Part shown: in pieces, positions 49,350 to 57,619 of the stretch | Layout of the letters: the number at the start of each line of letters is the position of its first letter | Position numbering within the stretch: position 1 is the first letter of the stretch | IMG/VR virus record: IMGVR_UViG_3300031088_000734 | DNA from: a virus | Length of the DNA: 64,000 nt | Reading direction: 5' to 3' (one strand) | The notes under the pieces: generated by a model | Told to the model about the DNA's origin: nothing | Database searches by the model: none | The model's input: only the letters and a program-made list of their open reading frames with translations | Translations under genes and position numbers: made by a program

Positions 49350-49451
49350 AATCTAGACTTAAATTAGATAACCATATTATAGAATTTGATAAGATTAAAA
49401 CAAACATTAACCGCTAGATATATTAGATTAAGTGCCCGAGGTGAACTACCG

Positions 49452-49463
49452 ATGCAGATTTAA
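49452..49463 (+). CDS. Minigene MQI-stop
   Basis: GAGGTGA-7nt-ATG CAG ATT TAA. Confidence 0.6.
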   Translation: MQI

Positions 49464-49564
49464 TTCAACTTATAGACTATTAATGTATAATATTGAATGA
49501 ATTTAGCAACACATTAAACATCAACCACTTGATAATTAGAGAAAGTGCCAGAGGTGAGCTACCG

Positions 49565-49576
49565 ATGCAGAACTAA
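49565..49576 (+). CDS. Minigene MQN-stop
   Basis: GAGGTGA-7nt-ATG CAG AAC TAA. Confidence 0.6.
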   Translation: MQN

Positions 49577-49693
49577 TTCAAATTATAGATAATCTAATAT
49601 TGAATGAGTATAATGATGTATAGGAATAGATCAACACGGTGTGGTTTTTTTAAGTGACAATTTAACGTCCTCCACCAAATTGATAAGCAACAC

Positions 49694-49722
49694 AAAAAGA
49701 CCTCGTTATGAGGTCTTTTTTT
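49694..49722 (+). terminator. Terminator closing the minigene transcript
   Basis: AAAAAGACCTC-GTTAT-GAGGTCTTTTTTT. Confidence 0.85.
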
Positions 49723-49797
49723 ATGTCTTCAAAAAAGATAGAGAGTTGACAAATATATTAAAAGGTATATTTGTACTAGCACACATCGGAGCGATTT

Positions 49798-49944
49798 ATG
49801 ATCTTACATTTCTTTCTTCATACCAAAAATCATCTTGTACTTAAACTGATTATTGCTACCATTGGTTTATTTTCGATTGTTTTTATCGGTCTACTGTTTA
49901 TTGCATTGGTTTTGCAGATACTATTAGCCATTTATCCTGTTTAA
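49798..49944 (+). CDS. 48-aa membrane peptide
   Basis: GGAG SD; MILHFFLHTKNHLVLKLIIATIGLFSIVFIGLLFIALVLQILLAIYPV. Confidence 0.6.
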   Translation: MILHFFLHTKNHLVLKLIIATIGLFSIVFIGLLFIALVLQILLAIYPV

Positions 49945-50014
49945 ATGGTTGCAATCCAGTCTTTTTTTGGTTATTATATAGATGTAGAAACTATTTCATA
50001 TTAAGGAGGTTCCT

Positions 50015-50035
50015 ATGTCTGGCGATGCGTCTTAA
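50015..50035 (+). CDS. Leader minigene MSGDAS-stop upstream of frr
   Basis: TTGCAA-17-TATTAT promoter (49949..49977); TAAGGAGGT SD 4 nt before ATG. Confidence 0.55.
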   Translation: MSGDAS

Positions 50036-50121
50036 CTCATAATTTTTTTATGTAACCAATATTGCACTGAATAGTCATCTATTCGGTGCTTTTCTTATTT
50101 CAAAATTAAAAGGATATTATT

Positions 50122-50676
50122 ATGACCAATGTCAAAAAAGAAACGCAAAAGGAACTGGCTAAAGCTATTGAATCTTTAAAGATAACCATAGCCAAAATCA
50201 GAACAGGTCGAGCACATCCTAGCCTGCTTGATTCCGTCATGGTTGAGCACCTTAACGTCAAGACTCCGATTAAACAAATGGCAAGCATTGTTGTGGAAGA
50301 TGCTAGAACACTCAAAGTAGTGGCTTTTGACAACAAATTGATAGGTGCTATTACCAAAGCCATCTTGAATGCAGGATTGGGATTAAATCCATCCAATACT
50401 GGTGTGGCTATCTATGTACCTTTGCCTGTCATGACTGAGGATACTCGCAAGATGTATATCAAACAGTTACGCCAGAGCATTGAAAATTCCAGAATTGTGG
50501 TTAGAAATCTACGTCGAGATGCGTTCTCTGTTTACAAGCGTCAATTGAAAAACAAAGAAATCAATGAAAATGACGAAAGACGACTCAGTAACTCCATTCA
50601 AAAAGAGATTGATGAAACGATGGCGGTCATTGATGGATTACTCGAACAAAAAGAAAAAGAAATTATGGCGATTTGA
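50122..50676 (+). CDS. frr: Ribosome recycling factor
   Basis: IRTGRAHPSLLD, NAGLGLNPS, P..TE..R, VRNLRRDA, IQK..D. Confidence 0.95.
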   Translation: MTNVKKETQKELAKAIESLKITIAKIRTGRAHPSLLDSVMVEHLNVKTPIKQMASIVVEDARTLKVVAFDNKLIGAITKAILNAGLGLNPSNTGVAIYVPLPVMTEDTRKMYIKQLRQSIENSRIVVRNLRRDAFSVYKRQLKNKEINENDERRLSNSIQKEIDETMAVIDGLLEQKEKEIMAI

Positions 50677-50756
50677 TGTTGATCTTGTTCGTTATATTTG
50701 CTATAATAGCTCTGTTGTAAAAATTCGATAACAGCCTTCTTAATAAAGGTGTTTCG

Positions 50757-50783
50757 ATGTGGAAAGCAGGTAATCAACCATAG
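50757..50783 (+). CDS. Minigene MWKAGNQP-stop
   Basis: TTGATC-17-TATAAT promoter (50679..50707); AAAGGTG SD 5 nt before ATG. Confidence 0.4.
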   Translation: MWKAGNQP

Positions 50784-51081
50784 TTTAGCCTTGAGTTCTA
50801 GGTTACTTGCTTAAAAAAATCAAAGGTGATGTCGCCGCTTAGGGATCTTTTGTGGATGACATGAAGTAACAAAATGAGAGGCTGTCCAGAGAGAGGCAAA
50901 ATCGAAAAAAGAAACAGCAACATGCGGCTAGTCCAGATGAATGTTGTGCTACCATCCCCGACACTTCCAACGAAAAGAAGGTCAAACTGGATAATACAAC
51001 TTGATTGTTTCCACCATGAGAGCTTGTGTGTCAGGTCTTTATCAAATGGCATTCATCGCCGCCTGATTTTTTATTCATAAG

Positions 51082-51113
51082 AAGGCCACTAGATTTGTCT
51101 AGTGGTCTTTTTT
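51082..51113 (+). terminator. Intrinsic terminator
   Basis: GGCCACTAGA-TTTG-TCTAGTGGTC-T run. Confidence 0.85.
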
Positions 51114-51179
51114 ATTTACTTTTTTCTTAAAATATGATACACTTATTTCGCTTAAATGTATTGATATTGGAGAACATCA

Positions 51180-51953
51180 ATGAGTTTTCAAGAAACCCTT
51201 CAACGAAACATAAATCATACCTTCTCGGTAGACTTTCATGTTGCCATCAAAAAGAAATTGGTGATGTTGTTGAAAAAGGTTTGTAAAATAGATATTTCTC
51301 ATTTTGATGAGAATGACCCCAACTACTTTCAATTCGATGAAACGTATCAACACCGTCATCGTATTAGGTATGACTTCAACTACACTGGGGATGATGTCGG
51401 TGAAGCCGAAGCTCATATCACTCTGGATGGTGGACGCTTCTTTGTAACTTTTTTGTTTTATAAAAAGGAAAAACATCCATCCTTGCCTGCTGGATCGCAT
51501 TGTGTCGATATAGATGTTGATCCTAAACTACGATATCGGTTTGCTAAGTTTTCAACACGATTTGATTTTGGTTGGCAATCCGCCGACATTCGTGAGCGTG
51601 GATTTTTCTTGTTTACAAAAGACATGGACAGTAGAATGAATGTGACGACATCTATTAAATGTTTTACGCAAAACCCCCGTAAAAAAACAAAGATATTAAG
51701 AAAAAAAGATTTACCAGCAGTATTCTTTGAAAATAATCATCATTTTTATGACCGATTGAATAATCTATTAGACTACTGTGAAATGCGACCAAAAGTCTTT
51801 TACGAAGTCTTTGATGAATATCCTGATCATGCCACGTTATCTAAGGGTAGTGATTCTATTACAAGTTTTTTGACGTTGTTTCATGAACAATATCAAATTG
51901 ATTTAAAAACTCTTGATTCAAAGCTTCTCTTGCTTGAAATGGACACTATATAA
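51180..51953 (+). CDS. Family B paralog 1
   Basis: F.EYP.H....FL.LF..QY...L...LLLLEMDTI. Confidence 0.8.
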   Translation: MSFQETLQRNINHTFSVDFHVAIKKKLVMLLKKVCKIDISHFDENDPNYFQFDETYQHRHRIRYDFNYTGDDVGEAEAHITLDGGRFFVTFLFYKKEKHPSLPAGSHCVDIDVDPKLRYRFAKFSTRFDFGWQSADIRERGFFLFTKDMDSRMNVTTSIKCFTQNPRKKTKILRKKDLPAVFFENNHHFYDRLNNLLDYCEMRPKVFYEVFDEYPDHATLSKGSDSITSFLTLFHEQYQIDLKTLDSKLLLLEMDTI

Positions 51954-51954
51954 T

Positions 51955-52752
51955 ATGACCAGTATTCATACACAATTACTGATGAGCAAAAATGTTCATG
52001 AGTTTGATGATGATCTTAACAATCAAATTATTGATAAACTTTTACACATATTCCAGTCTATCTTTGATGAAGATTTATCAACTGAACAGAATACTTTTAG
52101 AGTAAAGCCAGTTTCATTTGGTATGGCTATTCATGTTGAATACATGTTCAAATATGGAATGGTTTCCGTGATGGCAAAAAATAATGACATGACAGTTTCT
52201 TTTGTTTTTGATAGAGATAAATGCGATGATCTTTATATTCCATTTAACTGCACACGGTGCGAAGTTCAGGTTGATGATGATTTAAACTTTGAAAAAGCAG
52301 TGTTTAATTTTTATGCAACCATCAATAAACCTAAAATTGAAACTAAATACGCTTCAAAATATGTCGGTTCAGTTTTGGTTTCAGATCCACACCATGCGAC
52401 TATTGATATTCGTCGGACGATAGATAAACAACGGAAAGTTTCTACATGGATTACCTATGACAATTTTTATTCAAAACTGGGAGACTATACTGAATTAACT
52501 ATGTCAGAATTGCACAAGGTATACTTTAATCCAGATAAGGATTTTGAAGATTTCTTTGTTAAAATAATGATGACATTAAATACCCGACCACAACAATTTT
52601 CATCGGTCTTTACTGAATATCCAACGCATAATCAAATTATGCACAACAAAACAGCAGCGGTTAACTTTTTGAATTTGTTAGTCGATGACTATTTTAATCG
52701 TTTTCATTTGTTGGAAGCTAACCTGTTATTACTTGATATGCAGGTCATATGA
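51955..52752 (+). CDS. Family B paralog 2
   Basis: Ends LLLLDMQVI. Confidence 0.8.
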   Translation: MTSIHTQLLMSKNVHEFDDDLNNQIIDKLLHIFQSIFDEDLSTEQNTFRVKPVSFGMAIHVEYMFKYGMVSVMAKNNDMTVSFVFDRDKCDDLYIPFNCTRCEVQVDDDLNFEKAVFNFYATINKPKIETKYASKYVGSVLVSDPHHATIDIRRTIDKQRKVSTWITYDNFYSKLGDYTELTMSELHKVYFNPDKDFEDFFVKIMMTLNTRPQQFSSVFTEYPTHNQIMHNKTAAVNFLNLLVDDYFNRFHLLEANLLLLDMQVI

Positions 52753-52753
52753 C

Positions 52754-53539
52754 ATGGCTACACTCTTAGATAGAATTTCAGAAATAGAAAAAGAACAGCT
52801 TCCTGATGCTCTTGATTTTGACATTTCAAATAAATTAAAAACATTGTTGAATATTACTTTTAATGAAGACTTATCAGACCCGGATGATCTGAATTGCATT
52901 GAACTTGTAGAAGTATTTATCTATCAAAATAATGAACAAGTAGACATTTCCTATTGTTTTAAATTTGGTGTAGCTTTAATTTCTTTTCATCGTGATCTTG
53001 GCATGTTGAAAGTTTTATTTCTATGTCATCAAAATAGTCATGATTTATATAATTCTAATGTCAATTATGAAGTAGTTGTTGATGACGAGCTTAATTTTCA
53101 AAGTTTCTCATTCTGGCGATTATTTGAATTCTCGAAAGACTTTAAAGATAATAATAAATATACATCATCATGGTCTAACTTATTATTTGACATTAAAACG
53201 GATAGATTTTTAAATGTCAGTAAAAATCTTCTATATCGGAATGAAGAAATGTATACAATCTCTGCAGATGATAAAAAAAATCTTTTTGATTATGGCCTAA
53301 ATCCTGTTTTTTATCTTTCTAGCCGACACTTTGATGAGTTATTGTTAAAATTTTTAAAATATTGCATGAAAAACACTCAACATTTCTATTCTATATTTCC
53401 TCATTATCCAAATCATATTTGCTGTATGGAATCGCTCAGTAAAACAGTTGACTTTTTAAATATTTTTTGCAACGAATATAGAGACAATTTGACAATTTTG
53501 GAGTATAATATCCTACTACTTGATATGCAGGGCATTTGA
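52754..53539 (+). CDS. Family B paralog 3
   Basis: Ends ILLLDMQGI. Confidence 0.8.
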   Translation: MATLLDRISEIEKEQLPDALDFDISNKLKTLLNITFNEDLSDPDDLNCIELVEVFIYQNNEQVDISYCFKFGVALISFHRDLGMLKVLFLCHQNSHDLYNSNVNYEVVVDDELNFQSFSFWRLFEFSKDFKDNNKYTSSWSNLLFDIKTDRFLNVSKNLLYRNEEMYTISADDKKNLFDYGLNPVFYLSSRHFDELLLKFLKYCMKNTQHFYSIFPHYPNHICCMESLSKTVDFLNIFCNEYRDNLTILEYNILLLDMQGI

Positions 53540-53540
53540 A

Positions 53541-54305
53541 ATGACTAACATCTATGAGGCAATGGTACACTTTAAAAAGACCAAAGAATCCCTATGGGGG
53601 ATCAGTCCATTGATTAGCTCCAAACTTGTGCCCTTATTTTATCAAGCTACTGGCATAGAGCTTCTGGGTGATGAACAGCACTTCACCAACAATATCAGTG
53701 TTTGTGGTTTGGAAGTGGCGATGGATTACTTCTTTAAATACGGCTCAGCCACGTTGAGTTTGAAAAATGATGAACTAGAAGTAGGGTTTTATTTTATTAA
53801 TAAACCAGATGATGTTTATCCGACCCCTTTTAATGCCAAACAATGCAGGGTATATATTGATCGTGATTTGAACTTTAAACACGCTATTTTTCATTATCAT
53901 GTTAGCTTTTCAAAAGCTCTTCTAAATAATTACGATCAAAGTGCTGTCTATGCCGCCATTAAAATTCAAAAAATCATTGAACAAGGTTCAACAAGAACTA
54001 CTGTTGGCTATCAAAACCTGCTTTCTAAGGCCAAAGAGTATACATCACTTCATGATAAAGGGTTGGATCAGCACTTCTTTGAAACTGATGTTCAATTTGA
54101 ATTGTTTTTTGTTAAGTTCATGGAAGCTTGTTCTAAACGACCTTACCAATTCTATGAACTATTTCCAGAATATCCAAGCTATGTTGATTTTATGGAAAAG
54201 ATGCACAAAGCTGTTGAATTCTTGAACTTGTTCAATTTCCAATACATTAATCAGTTTGATGTGTTAGAATCTAAACTTATCTTACTTGATATGCAGGCGA
54301 TTTAA
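53541..54305 (+). CDS. Family B paralog 4
   Basis: Ends LILLDMQAI. Confidence 0.8.
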   Translation: MTNIYEAMVHFKKTKESLWGISPLISSKLVPLFYQATGIELLGDEQHFTNNISVCGLEVAMDYFFKYGSATLSLKNDELEVGFYFINKPDDVYPTPFNAKQCRVYIDRDLNFKHAIFHYHVSFSKALLNNYDQSAVYAAIKIQKIIEQGSTRTTVGYQNLLSKAKEYTSLHDKGLDQHFFETDVQFELFFVKFMEACSKRPYQFYELFPEYPSYVDFMEKMHKAVEFLNLFNFQYINQFDVLESKLILLDMQAI

Positions 54306-54306
54306 T

Positions 54307-55113
54307 ATGAAGACAATTTATGAGCAATTGATGGAATTGAAAGATGTCGAAAGTCTTCATAGATCGGAAACTACTTTATTTTTAGGTGCCGATTGTATTA
54401 TTGGCGACGATGTTATTGATGATATTTTAGTTAACGAGAAGCTTACAGAGTTGTTTTACAAAGTTTACAGTATTCAGAAACCTTATGAGCAACCTTTGTT
54501 TGAAAGAAATATATCATCTATTGGCCTTCAAATAAGTGTCGCTTATAATTTTCAATATGGTTCAGTTCACCTTGCGATTGAAGACAATAAATTATTAGTG
54601 ACTTTTTATCATAACGAGGACTGGTTTAAAGCTCCATTTGGCACAGACCGTTGTATTGTTTCTGTAGACCATGATTTAAATTTTATTCAATCTGAATACT
54701 CTACTTATTTTGCATTTTTAAACAGTATTTGGTATGAAAATGGTGGTTATGGCGGTTACAATCATATGCAAATTAAACAAGTGACTAATGCCTCTGGAAC
54801 ACGCAATCAACTTGCTTTTTGTCACTCTACTGATGATGATGATTTGCTTAAAGATGTTCAAGAAGGTAAACTGGATAAACGTTTTTCGACACCCAACGTT
54901 GAATTGGAAAACACATTTTTTCAAATTATTGATTTTGTGACAGATAAACCTCACGAATTTTATGCCATTTTTCCTGATTACCCTAGTTTTTCAGATTGTG
55001 TTGATAGCTCTGATCGTGTCATTGATTTTGTTAACTTGTTTGTTGAACAGTATTTTAATGATAATGAAGGCTTACAACAACACTTGTTATTACTTGACAT
55101 GCAGGCGATTTAA
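54307..55113 (+). CDS. Family B paralog 5
   Basis: Ends LLLLDMQAI. Confidence 0.8.
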   Translation: MKTIYEQLMELKDVESLHRSETTLFLGADCIIGDDVIDDILVNEKLTELFYKVYSIQKPYEQPLFERNISSIGLQISVAYNFQYGSVHLAIEDNKLLVTFYHNEDWFKAPFGTDRCIVSVDHDLNFIQSEYSTYFAFLNSIWYENGGYGGYNHMQIKQVTNASGTRNQLAFCHSTDDDDLLKDVQEGKLDKRFSTPNVELENTFFQIIDFVTDKPHEFYAIFPDYPSFSDCVDSSDRVIDFVNLFVEQYFNDNEGLQQHLLLLDMQAI

Positions 55114-55114
55114 T

Positions 55115-55864
55115 ATGACTACACTTTATAAACAGTTTACTAAAGTTAGAACAGCCAAGAAAAAATGGTTGTATACGCCAGATGTTCAACAAAAACTGAT
55201 TGAACTCTTTAAAATCGTTTGTAACATTGACCTTTCTACTGAAGAAACTCCATTTAAACCCGATGGTGCATCGTTCGGCATGGAAATTGTGTATAACTAT
55301 GCATTTAAGTATGGTAGAGTTTTTGTCCAAACGGCTAAAACAGAAATGCAAGTTACGTTTATTATTGATAATCCGCATGAACTAATTATTCCATTTAGTG
55401 TTTCAAATCGTTCACATACTTGTACAGTTAAGGTCGATCATGACTTGAATTTTATAGAAAGTCGAGTTAGTTTTTACAGTTCTTTCTCAAATAGAACGTT
55501 GGATAAAGATCGTTCTGGTTATGTTATCTTTTGTTTTGAAAATATTAATGATGGCACTAAAACCTTTAATAATGTTTCTTACAGTTACAAGTCGGAAAAC
55601 TATATAGATTTAACGCCCTATGGCCTTATCAATTACTCAACACCTAATAATGACTTTGAACAACTACTAATCGAGTTCATGATTTTCTGTTCAGAAGAAC
55701 CAGAAGAATTTTATAATATTTTTGTTGAATATCCAACCTACGAAGAACTTACTAACAGTGTTGATAATTTGGTTGTTTTCTTAAATCTTCTCAAACAACA
55801 ATACATTGAAAATAGAGAACTTTTGCAATCCCGTGTGTTGTTATTAAATATGCAGGCCATCTAA
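55115..55864 (+). CDS. Family B paralog 6
   Basis: Ends VLLLNMQAI. Confidence 0.8.
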   Translation: MTTLYKQFTKVRTAKKKWLYTPDVQQKLIELFKIVCNIDLSTEETPFKPDGASFGMEIVYNYAFKYGRVFVQTAKTEMQVTFIIDNPHELIIPFSVSNRSHTCTVKVDHDLNFIESRVSFYSSFSNRTLDKDRSGYVIFCFENINDGTKTFNNVSYSYKSENYIDLTPYGLINYSTPNNDFEQLLIEFMIFCSEEPEEFYNIFVEYPTYEELTNSVDNLVVFLNLLKQQYIENRELLQSRVLLLNMQAI

Positions 55865-55866
55865 TT

Positions 55867-56631
55867 ATGACCACTTTCTACGATAGACTTTTAATCGCAA
55901 AAGATTCAACTGATCTACTTTCCGATATGTTAGACGAAATTAGCCAAAAATTATTGCAATTACTGTATCAATCTTGTCATATTGATTTGTCTCACATTGA
56001 CGAACCTTTCGTGGCAAATCATGTTGGTGTTGATAATGACTTACATATTCAGTACAACACTATTTTTGGTGGAGCTAACCTTTCATTATTATCTTCTACA
56101 CATGAGTTAGAAGTTGAATTTGATTTTTCAAATGAATATCGCACCGAATATTATTACAAGTCAAAATATTGCCTTCTAGAAATTGATAACGACATGGTAT
56201 TAAAAAAATCTAGATTTAATAATTCTTTTCCATTTTCAAAGGCTGTCTTGGATAACGCTTATGCCAGTCATATTTTTTCTTCTCTTCGTATTGATACTTA
56301 TGTAGACTATCTATCGAATGTTTCTAAACATTTTAGCTATGAAAATTACCTTTATCATACATTTCCAAAAGATATGCGAGCTTATGGTTTGAGTGCTTAT
56401 TTCTATCAGACTGACAAATCTTTTGAAGACTTATTAGCCACTTTCCTAATTCATGCTGGCAATCATCCTTTTATCTTTTACGAGTTCTTTAACGAATATC
56501 CAAGCTATCTTGACTTAATGAATGGCATTGAACACATGATTCAGTTTCTTGAACTGTTTAAAACCCAATATATTAATGATCCTGATTTACTTAAATCAAA
56601 AATATTGTTAATTGAAATGAAGTTAATTTAA
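55867..56631 (+). CDS. Family B paralog 7
   Basis: Ends ILLIEMKLI. Confidence 0.8.
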   Translation: MTTFYDRLLIAKDSTDLLSDMLDEISQKLLQLLYQSCHIDLSHIDEPFVANHVGVDNDLHIQYNTIFGGANLSLLSSTHELEVEFDFSNEYRTEYYYKSKYCLLEIDNDMVLKKSRFNNSFPFSKAVLDNAYASHIFSSLRIDTYVDYLSNVSKHFSYENYLYHTFPKDMRAYGLSAYFYQTDKSFEDLLATFLIHAGNHPFIFYEFFNEYPSYLDLMNGIEHMIQFLELFKTQYINDPDLLKSKILLIEMKLI

Positions 56632-56694
56632 TAGACAAAATTGACATTAAAGTCATTTTAAATTAAACTTTCAAAACAACTATGAGGTGTTTGA

Positions 56695-57513
56695 ATGCTG
56701 GAACGTATATTTAAAGCAAAAACTGATTATGACAAAGCTATCTTGGACAAAGTATCTATACCCGACTACAAACCAAAGATTACCTTCTTTACGGGGTCTG
56801 GTATTTCTCAGGAGAGCGGTTTGGAGACGTTTCGTTCCAGTGATGGCCTTTGGTGCAACCATCGTGTTGATGAAGTGGCAACAGCCAAAGCTCTTCAAAA
56901 AGACTTCAAGAAGGTAAACAACTTTTTTAATGACAGGCGTAAAGAAGTGATGGCTGCTCAACCTAATCGTTCTCATTACATCCTTAAAGAACTCGAACAA
57001 TACTTTGAGGTCATTGTAGTGACCCAAAACGTCGATGATTTGCATGAACGAGCTGGTAGTTCAAAGATCTATCATTTGCACGGTGAAATCATGCGTTCTC
57101 GCCCTGTCGGCAACTCAAACGTGTTCTACGACCAGAAGAAAGACATTAAGGTTGGTGACAAGTGTATGTTAACTAGAGCACAAATTAGACCTCATATTGT
57201 TTTATTTGATGAGATGTTGGACGATGGTATCTTATCAGATGCTCGAAAGCACATCAGAGAGTCCGATGTGTTCGTGGTGGTGGGTAGCAGTTTACAAGTT
57301 GAACCTGCAGCTTCTCTGGTGGTTGAAGGCTTTGGCTTACGTGATTTTGTATTGGTCGATCCAAATACTGTCTTCATGAAATACAATGCCAACTATGTGC
57401 ATGTTAAAGAAAATGCATCAGTAGGACTTGAAATGATGTTGCCTCAGTTAATTATTAAAGCTGGTTTACTTCAAGAAGAATTCAAAGAAAACAAAGAAAG
57501 ATTGAAAACATAA
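56695..57513 (+). CDS. cobB: Sir2-family NAD-dependent deacylase (CobB-like)
   Basis: FTGSGISQESGLETFR, TQNVDDLHERAGS, HLHGE, RPHIVLFDE, VGSSLQVEPAA. Confidence 0.9.
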   Translation: MLERIFKAKTDYDKAILDKVSIPDYKPKITFFTGSGISQESGLETFRSSDGLWCNHRVDEVATAKALQKDFKKVNNFFNDRRKEVMAAQPNRSHYILKELEQYFEVIVVTQNVDDLHERAGSSKIYHLHGEIMRSRPVGNSNVFYDQKKDIKVGDKCMLTRAQIRPHIVLFDEMLDDGILSDARKHIRESDVFVVVGSSLQVEPAASLVVEGFGLRDFVLVDPNTVFMKYNANYVHVKENASVGLEMMLPQLIIKAGLLQEEFKENKERLKT

Positions 57514-57619
57514 ATAAAATTTGTTGATATTTTATAATATATGAAAAAAAATAGTTGTTTAAAAAAGAATTCTATGCTATACTTTTGTGCGGACATATTT
57601 TAATATCATGGAGGCTTCT

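Larger units (their letters stand above)
49321..49590 (+). repeat. Degenerate tandem repeat of about 110 bp, each unit carrying an SD-ATG-stop minigene
   Basis: AAGKGCC.GAGGTGA cores at about 49321, 49430 and 49543; flanks AAACATYAACCRCTWGATA..TTAGA and AATTCAA.TTATAGA..AATATTGAATGA repeat. Confidence 0.8.

Noticed and set aside
49321-49590. CRISPR mini-array interpretation of the spaced 30-nt repeats
   Set aside because: Repeats are degenerate and non-palindromic, the 80-nt spacers are homologous to each other, and no cas gene is in the window
49660-49680. CTCCACCA resembling a tmRNA/tRNA 3' end (also TTCCACCA near 51009)
   Set aside because: No TTCRA T-loop with a 5-bp stem before it and no matching 5' acceptor strand
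51180-56631. Diversity-generating retroelement or integron as the source of paralog diversity
   Set aside because: No reverse transcriptase, no TR/VR pair differing only at adenines, no integrase or attC-like palindromes in the window
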